From assembly GCA_003574845.1 (NCBI GenBank), contig NDHY01000005.1:3342-67341 (forward strand): a stretch of DNA of 64,000 bases, written 5' to 3'. The notes under the pieces were generated by a model, which ran no database searches, was not told the origin of the DNA, and worked only from the letters and a program-made list of their open reading frames with translations. Positions 29,534 to 37,796 of the stretch are shown here, in pieces. This DNA comes from a candidate division NPL-UPA2 bacterium Unc8 (GTDB lineage Bacteria > NPL-UPA2). How positions within the stretch are numbered: the stretch's first letter is position 1; the number at the start of each line of letters is the position of its first letter. Made by a program: the position numbers and the translations under genes.

Positions 29534-29670
29534 AGACACAAAGGCACAGAGGCACAGAGGCACAAAGAAATAAGTGGTAAGTGGTAAGTGGTAAGTAGGG
29601 AGAGATGAAATTGGAAATTGGGAAGAGATGAAATTGGAAATTAGTAACTGGTGCTCTGGTGCTCTATTTT
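29534..29670 (+). repeat. composite heptamer element between argF and thyX
   Basis: (GGCACAG)n-(TAAGTGG)n-GGAGAGATGAAATTGGAAATTGG-CTGGTGCT. Confidence 0.9.
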
Positions 29671-29683
29671 TTAAAGAAACGAT

Positions 29684-30424
29684 ATGGCGAAGGTTAATCT
29701 GAATGTAAAACTTCTGGAGGTAACCCAGAATGCAATTGCTGTCATATACACTGCCTGCAGGCAGTGTTACTCTGCCAAATTTGCAGGCGATATTTTTGAG
29801 GAAGGTGATAAGAACCTGGATAAGCAAGTAGAGTTTGTAAAGAAAATAGTTAAATCAGGGCACGAAAGCCCGTTAGAGCATGTAAAATTCACATTTGCGA
29901 TAGAAGGAGTATCACGCGCTCTCACCCACCAATTAGTAAGACACAGAATCGCCTCCTTTTCCCAACAAAGCCAGAGGTATGTCAAGGAGGCGGAGTTTGA
30001 CTATATAATTCCTCCTTCCATAGAGACAGATAAAACTTTAAAAAAAGAATTCATAAAGATTATTAACGAAATTCAGGCAAGTTATAATAAAATACTAAAG
30101 AGATTTAGCGAGAAAGGCAAGACAGGAGAGGCGGCAAATGAGGACGCAAGGTTTATGCTGCCCCAGGCAGTGGAAACAAAGATAGTCGTAACGATGAATT
30201 GCAGGGAATTGCTCCATTTCTTCAAGCAGAGATGCTGCGCAAGGGCTCAGTGGGAAATTAGAGATTTAGCCGAGGAAATGCTCAAAACTTGCAGGAGCTA
30301 TCTGCCGGCTATATTTGTCAATGCTGGAGCAAAGTGCATCAGCCTTGATTATTGCCCGGAAGAGGAGTTTAGTTGCGGCAGAATGGAGACAAAAGAGATA
30401 GAGTGCAATCAAAAAAAATCTTAA
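29684..30424 (+). CDS. thyX: flavin-dependent thymidylate synthase
   Basis: GHESPLEH, HQLVRHRIASFSQQSQRY, EDARFMLP, AQWEIR. Confidence 0.96.
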   Translation: MAKVNLNVKLLEVTQNAIAVIYTACRQCYSAKFAGDIFEEGDKNLDKQVEFVKKIVKSGHESPLEHVKFTFAIEGVSRALTHQLVRHRIASFSQQSQRYVKEAEFDYIIPPSIETDKTLKKEFIKIINEIQASYNKILKRFSEKGKTGEAANEDARFMLPQAVETKIVVTMNCRELLHFFKQRCCARAQWEIRDLAEEMLKTCRSYLPAIFVNAGAKCISLDYCPEEEFSCGRMETKEIECNQKKS

Positions 30425-31569
30425 TAGTTTCAAGCACCACACAAACTCTGTATAATTTTAGAATTGGGTTATTAAGAGCATTAAGAGATAACAAATTTGA
30501 TGTGCGTGCCATAGCAAAGAGAGAAGAATTTGATAAAAAGCTTGAAGAAGAAGGGTTTAAATGTATTTTCCTGCAATATCTTGACAGAAAAGGGGTTAAC
30601 CCCATTGAAGATATCAAACTGATGCTGGAGCTGCGCAGAATTTATAGAGAAGAGAAGCCTGATTTAATCATTCATTACACAATAAAACCAAACATTTATG
30701 GGTCAATTGTATCCAGATTTACGGGAACTACCTCATTTTGCATGATAACAGGGCTTGGTTATGCATTTACTAAAAAGGGGGTTTTACTTAAAGTAGTAAA
30801 ACTTTTATATAAAATCTCTCTTGGCTTTACAAAAAAAATATTCTTTCAGAACGACGATGACAGAAAACTCTTTATTGAAGAAGGAATTGCCCCATCAGAT
30901 AAATCAGTCCTGCTTAGCGGAGGGGTAGACACTGAGTATTTTTCCCCAGAGGTCTGCAGAAATCTCAATAAAAAAAATAGTAATAATTTAAGTTTTCTCC
31001 TGATTGCCAGGATGCTCTGGGATAAAGGAATCGGGGAATTCGTAAAAGCGGCTGGGATAGTAAAAAAACGGTTTCCAGATACGGAATTCCAATTGCTCGG
31101 ATTCATTGACAAAGGAAATCCCTCCGTCATCCCAGAAGATAAAATAAAAGATTGGGAAAGAGAAGGGTTGATTAAGCATCTCGGGAGCACCGACGATGTG
31201 AGACCATTTATATGCAAAAGCAGTTGTGTCGTGCTGCCATCCTACAGAGAGGGGATTCCTCATTCTTTGCTTGAGGCAATGGCGATGGCAAAACCAATAA
31301 TTACAACGGACTCTGCAGGATGTAAAGAGGTAGTTGAAAACGGAAAAAATGGATTTTTAGTACCAGTGAAGGATGCAGAAGCTCTTGCCAGTGCTATTGT
31401 AAGATTTATCAACCTATCTGAGGTCAGAAAAATAAAAATGGGAGAGTATAGTAGAGAAAAAGCAATAAAGGAGTTTGATGAAAAACCCATTATTAAAATC
31501 TGTCTAAAGCATATTGAAGATGCACTTAGAAATACAAAATTCAAAAATATTAGTGGAGTAAAAAGATGA
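30403..31569 (+). CDS. glycosyltransferase family 4
   Basis: LYNFR, YTIKPNIYG, FQNDDD, ARMLWDKGIGEF, LPSYREGIPHSLLEAMAM, GCKEVV; GTG 30403 preferred start. Confidence 0.92.
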   Translation: MQSKKILIVSSTTQTLYNFRIGLLRALRDNKFDVRAIAKREEFDKKLEEEGFKCIFLQYLDRKGVNPIEDIKLMLELRRIYREEKPDLIIHYTIKPNIYGSIVSRFTGTTSFCMITGLGYAFTKKGVLLKVVKLLYKISLGFTKKIFFQNDDDRKLFIEEGIAPSDKSVLLSGGVDTEYFSPEVCRNLNKKNSNNLSFLLIARMLWDKGIGEFVKAAGIVKKRFPDTEFQLLGFIDKGNPSVIPEDKIKDWEREGLIKHLGSTDDVRPFICKSSCVVLPSYREGIPHSLLEAMAMAKPIITTDSAGCKEVVENGKNGFLVPVKDAEALASAIVRFINLSEVRKIKMGEYSREKAIKEFDEKPIIKICLKHIEDALRNTKFKNISGVKR

Positions 31570-32606
31570 TAAAAGTAGGAATCATAGGAGCGACAGGATA
31601 TGGAGGAGCAGAACTCCTCAGGCTACTTCTTTCACATCCTGAAGTAGAGGTTGCCTCTCTGGCGGCAAAGATGGACAGAGCAAGGGAGAAAATAGCCGAT
31701 ATTTTCCCACAGCTAAAAGGAAAGACAGACCTTATCTGCAACAATCTTGACATGGAGAAGATGGCAAAAGTAACAGATTTTATATTTCTTGCCCTTCCTC
31801 ATAAGACCTCTATGAAAATTGCACCCTGGCTATTAGAAGCAGATAAACGGGTCATTGACCTCAGCGCTGACTACCGACTCCAAGACGGAGAGACTTACAA
31901 AAAATGGTACAAGGTCAAACATACAAGCAAGCATCTACTTGATGAGGCTGTCTATGGCCTCCCGGAACTCTATCGCAATAAAATAAAGGATGCTGCCCTT
32001 ATTGCCAATCCTGGCTGCTATCCGACAAGTGTCATCCTGGGTTTGGCTCCGCTTCTTTCTCACAATTTAATTGAGCATGAGGAGATAATTGTTGATTCTA
32101 AATCCGGTGTATCCGGCGCAGGAAGATTCGCAGGAGATAGCTTCAATTTTTCTGAAGTTGCCGAAAATTTCAAGGCATATAAGATTATGTCCCACGCCCA
32201 TCAGCCCGAGATGGAAGAACAGTTAAGTAAGTTTTGTCAAGGAGAGGTCAAGGTTGTTTTTGTCCCCCACCTCCTCCCCTTGAAAAGAGGGATACTCTCA
32301 ACAATATATGGCAAGTTAAAGAAAGAAGCAAGAAGCAGCGAGGTGCTCAGAATATACCATAAGTTTTATCAGAATGAACCGTTCGTCAATGTGCTGGATA
32401 ATGAGCTGCCAGAGATAAGAGCCATTTCTGGAACAAATTACTGCCAGATTGGGCTGCACATTGATCGGTCAATGAAGAGAATAGTCATTATCTCTGCCCT
32501 GGACAATCTCATAAAGGGAGCTGCCGGCCAGGCAATACAAAATATGAATATTATGTGTGGATTTAATGAAACAGAGGGGCTGGGCCTCTCTACGCCTATT
32601 CCATAA
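31566..32606 (+). CDS. argC: N-acetyl-gamma-glutamyl-phosphate reductase
   Basis: IIGATGYGG, DLSADYRL, ANPGCYPT, SGVSGAGR, DNLIKGAAGQA. Confidence 0.97.
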   Translation: MIKVGIIGATGYGGAELLRLLLSHPEVEVASLAAKMDRAREKIADIFPQLKGKTDLICNNLDMEKMAKVTDFIFLALPHKTSMKIAPWLLEADKRVIDLSADYRLQDGETYKKWYKVKHTSKHLLDEAVYGLPELYRNKIKDAALIANPGCYPTSVILGLAPLLSHNLIEHEEIIVDSKSGVSGAGRFAGDSFNFSEVAENFKAYKIMSHAHQPEMEEQLSKFCQGEVKVVFVPHLLPLKRGILSTIYGKLKKEARSSEVLRIYHKFYQNEPFVNVLDNELPEIRAISGTNYCQIGLHIDRSMKRIVIISALDNLIKGAAGQAIQNMNIMCGFNETEGLGLSTPIP

Positions 32607-32613
32607 AAATAAA

Positions 32614-33810
32614 ATGATTAAAGAGATAGCTGGAGGAGTTGCTGTTCCTCATGGTTTTCGTGCAGACGGAGTTAGCTGCGGAATCAAAAAAAACGGGAAG
32701 GACTTAGCGATTATCTCATCTGAGGTCAAGGCACGGGCAGCGGCTCTTTTCACCACAAACAAGCTCCAGGCTGCTCCGCTTAAAATTACTCAGAAGCACC
32801 TAAGGAATGGAATAGCACAGGCAGTAATCATCAATAGCGGAAATGCAAACTCTGCAACCGGAGAAGAAGGCTTAAGGGATGCCCGGAAAATGGCAAAGCT
32901 CACTGCAGTAAAGTTAGGAATAAAAGAAAGCGATGTCCTCGTTTCCTCTACGGGCATTATTGGAAAAAAATTGCCGATGGATAAAATCAAAGCAGGCATT
33001 GAAAAGCTCCTCCCGCGTGGTGGTATTAATGGAAGCAGGAAGGTTGCTGAAGCAATAATGACGACGGATACGCTTCCCAAGGAAGTAGCTGTCACCATAA
33101 AAGTTGGAGGGGAAAAAATAACAGTTGGTGCTGTAGCTAAGGGAGCAGGGATGGTCTCTCCTCATCTTGCAACAATGCTTTCCTTTATTACTACTGATGC
33201 TCTAATTACGCCAGCAGCTCTCAGCTATGTGCTCCGAAAAAGTGTGGAGACCTCATTCAATATGATCACTATTGATGGTGATATGAGCACAAATGATATG
33301 GTAGTCATTCTTGCCAATGGCCTGGCAGGAAATAAGGAAATAACCATGAAAGACCTTGTAAAATTTCAGGATGCAATTACATTTGTAACTTCATCATTAG
33401 CTAAGATGATTGTCAAAAATGCTGAAGGAGCAACGAAATTCGTAACAGTAAAAGTAAAAAACGCTCCTAATCTCAACGCGGCAAAAATGGCATCTCTGGC
33501 CATTGCCAAATCAAACCTTGTGAAAGCCGCACTTTATGGATGTGACCCAAATTGGGGAAGGATTATCTCTGCACTCGGCAGCTCAGGAATAAACATTAAC
33601 TCAAAAAAGATAGACATTTACATCGGAGGAGTAATAGTTGCCCAGAATGGAGTGATGACAGAATTTAACTCTCAAATGGTTAAGAAGAAAATGACTCAGA
33701 GGACTTTTACCATCCTTGTAGATATAAAAATAGGAAATGAAGAAGCAACGGCGTGGACGTGCGACCTTTCTGAAGATTATGTAAGAATAAACTCTTCCTA
33801 CTCAACTTAG
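32614..33810 (+). CDS. argJ: bifunctional ornithine acetyltransferase
   Basis: NSGNAN, SSTGIIG, AIMTTDT, KGAGM, PHLATML, DGDMSTND, DPNWGR, CDLSEDYVRIN; ATG at 32614. Confidence 0.96.
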   Translation: MIKEIAGGVAVPHGFRADGVSCGIKKNGKDLAIISSEVKARAAALFTTNKLQAAPLKITQKHLRNGIAQAVIINSGNANSATGEEGLRDARKMAKLTAVKLGIKESDVLVSSTGIIGKKLPMDKIKAGIEKLLPRGGINGSRKVAEAIMTTDTLPKEVAVTIKVGGEKITVGAVAKGAGMVSPHLATMLSFITTDALITPAALSYVLRKSVETSFNMITIDGDMSTNDMVVILANGLAGNKEITMKDLVKFQDAITFVTSSLAKMIVKNAEGATKFVTVKVKNAPNLNAAKMASLAIAKSNLVKAALYGCDPNWGRIISALGSSGININSKKIDIYIGGVIVAQNGVMTEFNSQMVKKKMTQRTFTILVDIKIGNEEATAWTCDLSEDYVRINSSYST

Positions 33811-33842
33811 AATTAAAGAGGTCAGACCTCAATATTCATTAA

Positions 33843-33997
33843 AAAGGCACAGAGTGGCAAAGGCACAAAGGCACAAAGAAATTCAAAAATCAAAAGTCAA
33901 AATTACAATGCAAAGCTTGTGCTGAATTTATTTCAGTATGCAAAATTCAGTGATTAGTGATTGGTGACCATTGACTGTTGACTATTGACTATTGACC
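33843..33997 (+). repeat. composite heptamer region after argJ
   Basis: GGCACAA, CAAAAAT/CAAAAGT, AGTGATT, TTGACTA units; hairpin at 33920-33938. Confidence 0.85.
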
Positions 33998-34004
33998 AAT
34001 TTTT

Positions 34005-34033
34005 CTGACAGGATTTTGGGTGTGTGGTACACT
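34005..34033 (+). promoter_or_regulatory. possible promoter at left end of island
   Basis: CTGACA-17 nt-TACACT, preceded by TG. Confidence 0.4.
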
Positions 34034-34059
34034 TCAAAGCAGAGAAGGTAAGAAAAAAG

Positions 34060-34266
34060 ATGATGAAATTAGTGAATAAAAAGGGTTTTACACTGATTGG
34101 AGAAACTATTGTAGATGATAATATCTACCTCTTAGGTAACAGTCTGTGGGTATTCAAACTAGCGAAGGATGTTGTCTTGATAACCTTTGGCAAAGATTTA
34201 GATACTGCAAAACATTTCGTTAATAAGAATTTCCCAGACAAAACAAGGAACCACTATTATGTATAA
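34060..34266 (+). CDS. small hypothetical protein with prepilin-like leader (KKGFTLI), possibly a remnant
   Basis: MMKLVNKKGFTLIGE...; lacks Glu+5 and the hydrophobic helix. Confidence 0.35.
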   Translation: MMKLVNKKGFTLIGETIVDDNIYLLGNSLWVFKLAKDVVLITFGKDLDTAKHFVNKNFPDKTRNHYYV

Positions 34267-34684
34267 TCCGCCAAAACCAGAAGATTATACCCACCCGGAA
34301 GAAAAGAATGCTTTAATTAAATCCATTATTATCATGGTTATAATTCTTTTTATCTTGTCCGCATTTTCTTTTGGGATCGCATTAATTATTGTCGCTATAG
34401 GTTTAGGATATATTAGGATGCTCCAAGCCCGGCTATTAGGTGATTCAGCATTGGTCACGCGGCATAACTATGCAAAAATTGACAATCTTATCAATTTGGC
34501 TTGTCAGCGGTTAGGTGAAGAGAGACCTAAAGGCCATGTCGTTCAAGACCCCTATTTAAACGCTTTCGCACTCGGTTTTTCTTATCCTTTTTCCACGGTG
34601 ATACATTCTGCAACTATTCAGGCTATGGATAATGAAGAACTGTCATTTATCATGGGTAAAGGGGACAGACACCTTTTCTATTGA
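34259..34684 (+). pseudogene. M48-family (HtpX-like) metallopeptidase, truncated
   Basis: TM helices, then VVQDPYLNAFALG...VIHSATIQAMDNEELSFIMG; breaks where HExxH is expected, at the RAYT left repeat (34657). Confidence 0.75.
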
Positions 34685-34709
34685 CATATAGCTGCCACCA
34701 CGATATAAT
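34681..34709 (+). promoter_or_regulatory. consensus sigma70 promoter of RAYT, leaderless mRNA predicted
   Basis: TTGACA-17 nt-TATAAT; ATG follows 6 nt after the -10 with no SD. Confidence 0.75.
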
Positions 34710-34715
34710 ATCTTC

Positions 34716-35381
34716 ATGCCTAGACAAGCACGTATAGTCATACCTGAATTAGCACATCATATAACCCAGCGTGGTAATTACCGCCAGAATATCTTCGATA
34801 ATGAAGGTAATTATAGACAATACTCTAAATGGATAAATGAATATGCTAAAGAAAACAGCATGGATATATTAGCTTATTGTTTAATGAGTAACCACATACA
34901 TTTTATAGTAATTCCTAAAAAAGAAGAAGACTTGAGCAAAGTATTCAGAACCGCCCATATGCGTTATTCACACTATCTGAATCGGCAAAGATCAGCTAAA
35001 GGACATCTTTGGCAAGGAAGGTTTTATTCCTGCATATTGGGTGATAGCCACTTATATAGAGCGATAAGATATACTGAAAATAATCCTGTACGTGTAAAAA
35101 AAGTAAAGAATGCCTCAGAATATGAATGGTCAAGCGCTAAAGATCACACAGGATGCAGGAATAACAAACCTTTAATCAAGTTAGGCAAATATAAAACAAT
35201 AGAAGAAAAAGGATGGAAAGATTACTTAAGAGAAGATGATCCTGAGATGACCGAAGATATTAGATTAAAAACAAATAGAGGATTAGTTGTAGGTACAGAT
35301 AAATTCATAAAGAAACTGGAAAGAACATTAAATCGTTCCTTGAAGTGTTTAAAGCAGGGAAGGCCGAGGAAAGATAGATAA
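34716..35381 (+). CDS. REP-associated tyrosine transposase (Y1 HUH, RAYT-like)
   Basis: MPRQAR...HHITQRGNYRQNIF, AYCLMSNHIHF (HUH), GHLWQGRFYS, RYTENNPVR, YEWSS, C-terminal GRPRK. Confidence 0.9.
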   Translation: MPRQARIVIPELAHHITQRGNYRQNIFDNEGNYRQYSKWINEYAKENSMDILAYCLMSNHIHFIVIPKKEEDLSKVFRTAHMRYSHYLNRQRSAKGHLWQGRFYSCILGDSHLYRAIRYTENNPVRVKKVKNASEYEWSSAKDHTGCRNNKPLIKLGKYKTIEEKGWKDYLREDDPEMTEDIRLKTNRGLVVGTDKFIKKLERTLNRSLKCLKQGRPRKDR

Positions 35382-35549
35382 AAGGTGTCTGTCCCCTTTA
35401 TGACGACGTTTCTCCTCCTGCTGGGTGGTGGCTACCTCCCCGTGCTCGCGAGGCTTGGTTGGCTTGGCAGTTTTTTCGATGGGTTTTTCGATGGATTTTT
35501 CGACGCTAGACTGGATACCAGAGACAAATAACTATCACAGGAGGAAAAG

Positions 35550-36212
35550 ATGAAAAAAGTCATAGTGATATTCTTCATTTTGGCCATGGCTCTGGGGACA
35601 ATCTTTCTGGTGACGAGACCAGAGAGGAAAGAGCTGGTAAGAGTAACGCTTCAAGAGAGTTTAGGTGAGCCAGAGAAGCATGTAATTGTTATTAACGGAG
35701 AAGAGTATTCCTTCCTTCTTAGTAGATATGACCCTCCCTTTTTCTCTACTGAACTGGTAACTAGAGATGAGCAAGACCTCTCTACTCCAGAGGGAACGGT
35801 TCTTGCTAGGTTGTCTGCTGTGATGAGCAACGACAGAGATTGGCGCCTGTCTCTTCTTGAGGAGGACGTGCGAGAACGTAACCGTAGAGATCCAGAAGAA
35901 GAGAGAATAATTAAAGAGCACCTTAAAAGAATGCCTTTGCTTGATCCCCTGGAGAATTATCTTATACTCCTGTTCAAAGTAGAGTTCGAGTTTGAGGGCA
36001 AAAAATATGCCCTGATTCGGGACAGAGCCGTCGTTAGGGGAGTAGAGCAGCCTGGCATAGGCACTGTAGCGCTTGTCAAGCAAGGAGACATTTGGTTGGG
36101 AACAGACGACGTGTGGAAACACCCAATATTAGACCTCGTTATGCGTAGCTATGAAGAACTCAGGGAGATATTAAAAGAAGGAACCTGGGACCGGAGGCAC
36201 CGAAGACGATAA
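35550..36212 (+). CDS. hypothetical membrane-anchored/exported protein (paralog A)
   Basis: SD GGAGG; N-terminal MKKVIVIFFILAMALGTIFLV; shares motifs with 36471-37217. Confidence 0.75.
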   Translation: MKKVIVIFFILAMALGTIFLVTRPERKELVRVTLQESLGEPEKHVIVINGEEYSFLLSRYDPPFFSTELVTRDEQDLSTPEGTVLARLSAVMSNDRDWRLSLLEEDVRERNRRDPEEERIIKEHLKRMPLLDPLENYLILLFKVEFEFEGKKYALIRDRAVVRGVEQPGIGTVALVKQGDIWLGTDDVWKHPILDLVMRSYEELREILKEGTWDRRHRRR

Positions 36213-36216
36213 AGAG

Positions 36217-36450
36217 ATAGCTGCCACCTTTACCTGGAGCTTGCGCCCAGACCCAGAGTTCCCGGGAGCTTCGGTATTACCCGGGCCCGGCCCAACCACA
36301 ACCCTTACTACAACCACTGGCAAGACAGGAAAAGGAGAGATAATTGCCCGGGAGGTGCGACTCGGTGAGGAAGGAAAAGCTGATGTTGTAGTAGGCTATG
36401 CAAAACTCTTATACATTAAGGCCGTTGACCTTTCTGCCCATTTTAATTAA
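36217..36450 (+). pseudogene. 3' fragment of a larger gene (beta-strand/Ig-like, Thr-rich)
   Basis: Open frame IAATFTWSLRPDP...GPTTTLTTTTGKTGKGEIIA...; no SD or good start; ends 20 nt before paralog B. Confidence 0.4.
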
Positions 36451-36470
36451 ATAAAAACAGGAGAGTCGGG

Positions 36471-37217
36471 ATGAAAAAAAGAAGACTAATTTCGCTCGTT
36501 GTTATCGCCGCTTTAGTTGCTATCACCGCTTTATCTATTATCTTCATTGAGGGGCAACCAGGAGGCCGGGGGCCCTTTAACCTGACCAGTCCCCAGAGAA
36601 GAGTGGTAGAGATCGGAGGAGAAGTATACTTCTTCCTCTTGTTTAAATATGACCCCCCTCTCTACTTCCCCCCTTATCTATTAGAAAGCAGAGAAGAGCA
36701 AGATCTTTCTACCCCGGAAGGTAACATTATTGCCACGCAGTCTGCTTATGGACGAGACAGAGAGTGGTATATCTCTTTACATGATGAAAGTGCTCAAAAA
36801 TGGCTCTTTAAACTTGATGAACTAAGTGAGGGAAGGACATTGGGAGAGTATCTTAAAGGAACTCCCTTACCCAACCCTTTAGAGGAAACCCATGCTCAGC
36901 TTTTACACAAAGTAGAATTCCAAGTAAATAATAGGAAATACGCCGTAATTCAGATGAACCTGGTTTTTGATGGCGAAGTAATTGATGCTGGCGCCCAGTC
37001 CTTTGTCAAACAAGATGGTATTTGGTTAGGGACCGGCGATTTAGTAGGGAATCTTTTAGCATTTCTTGTTGGCACAGAAAGCTATGATGAGCTAATACAG
37101 ATGTCCCTATGTAAAGAGACACTCCTAAAACTGATTTTCACCTTGATTGTAGTTATTTTAATTGCAACCTTCTTTGGATTAAGGTTGATTTTAAAGAAAA
37201 AAGCAATTACTGGTTGA
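36471..37217 (+). CDS. hypothetical membrane-anchored protein (paralog B) with extra C-terminal TM
   Basis: SD GGAG; MKKRRLISLVVIAALVAITAL; YDPP, EQDLSTPEG, KVEF, KYA, VKQ..IWLGT shared with paralog A. Confidence 0.75.
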   Translation: MKKRRLISLVVIAALVAITALSIIFIEGQPGGRGPFNLTSPQRRVVEIGGEVYFFLLFKYDPPLYFPPYLLESREEQDLSTPEGNIIATQSAYGRDREWYISLHDESAQKWLFKLDELSEGRTLGEYLKGTPLPNPLEETHAQLLHKVEFQVNNRKYAVIQMNLVFDGEVIDAGAQSFVKQDGIWLGTGDLVGNLLAFLVGTESYDELIQMSLCKETLLKLIFTLIVVILIATFFGLRLILKKKAITG

Positions 37218-37421
37218 TAGAATACTTTAAAAACAATCAGCCCACTTCTTTAGCAGGAACGGTTCTATTTTTCTTGACACGCCACAGAAAAACCAGCGAT
37301 AGACACTATTTTCTTAACCCCTTGCCGGGAAGAAAACAAAGTCAGACCTCAACAAAATGAGTGAGTAGTGAATAGAAAGTTTGGCTGATAGCCGCTACGC
37401 TCATGGAAAAGGAAAACCTTC

Positions 37422-37796
37422 CTAGGAGCCTTTCTTCCCACCTTTTTCCACCAGCTCAATGAGAACACAAGGGGCATTATCTCCCGGGCGCGGAGATATA
37501 TGGACAAGGCTGGTATAGCCACTTTTTTGATCTTTAAAACGAGGGGCAATCTCTTTAAAAAGTTTCCTGATGACTTCTTTGTCCCCAATCACCCTTCCAA
37601 CGTTTCTTACTGATGAGAGGTCACCTCTTTGAGCAGTCGTGATGAGCCTCTCGGCCATTCTTTTTAATTCCTTCCCTCTCGCTTCCGTTGTCCTTATCCG
37701 CTCTTTAACAAAGAGAGCCTTCAGTAGATTGGCTAGGAGGGCATGGCGATGCCCTCTTGGCAAACCCAATTTTTTAACGCCTTTTTTATGTCTCAT
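37422..37796 (-). CDS. rplQ: 50S ribosomal protein L17
   Basis: MRHKKGVKKLG, ERIRTTEARGKEL, RPGDNAP; ATG at 37796. Confidence 0.96.
   Translation of the reverse strand: MRHKKGVKKLGLPRGHRHALLANLLKALFVKERIRTTEARGKELKRMAERLITTAQRGDLSSVRNVGRVIGDKEVIRKLFKEIAPRFKDQKSGYTSLVHISPRPGDNAPCVLIELVEKGGKKGS

Larger units (their letters stand above)
34657..35400 (+). mobile_element. 744-bp RAYT/HUH element with perfect 21-bp inverted repeats
   Basis: TAAAGGGGACAGACACCTTTT at 34657-34677 and its reverse complement at 35380-35400 enclose one transposase gene; visibly AT-richer than flanks. Confidence 0.85.

Noticed and set aside
34650-35410. Classical DDE insertion sequence with target-site duplication
   Set aside because: The protein is HUH/Y1 with no DDE motif, and the flanks (CATGGG / TGACGA) share no duplication.
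35550-37217. Diversity-generating retroelement or retron
   Set aside because: No reverse transcriptase, and no template/variable repeat pair differing at adenines; the paralogs differ throughout.
37230-37420. Intrinsic terminator between the island and rplQ
   Set aside because: No convincing GC-rich stem with a U-tract on either strand.
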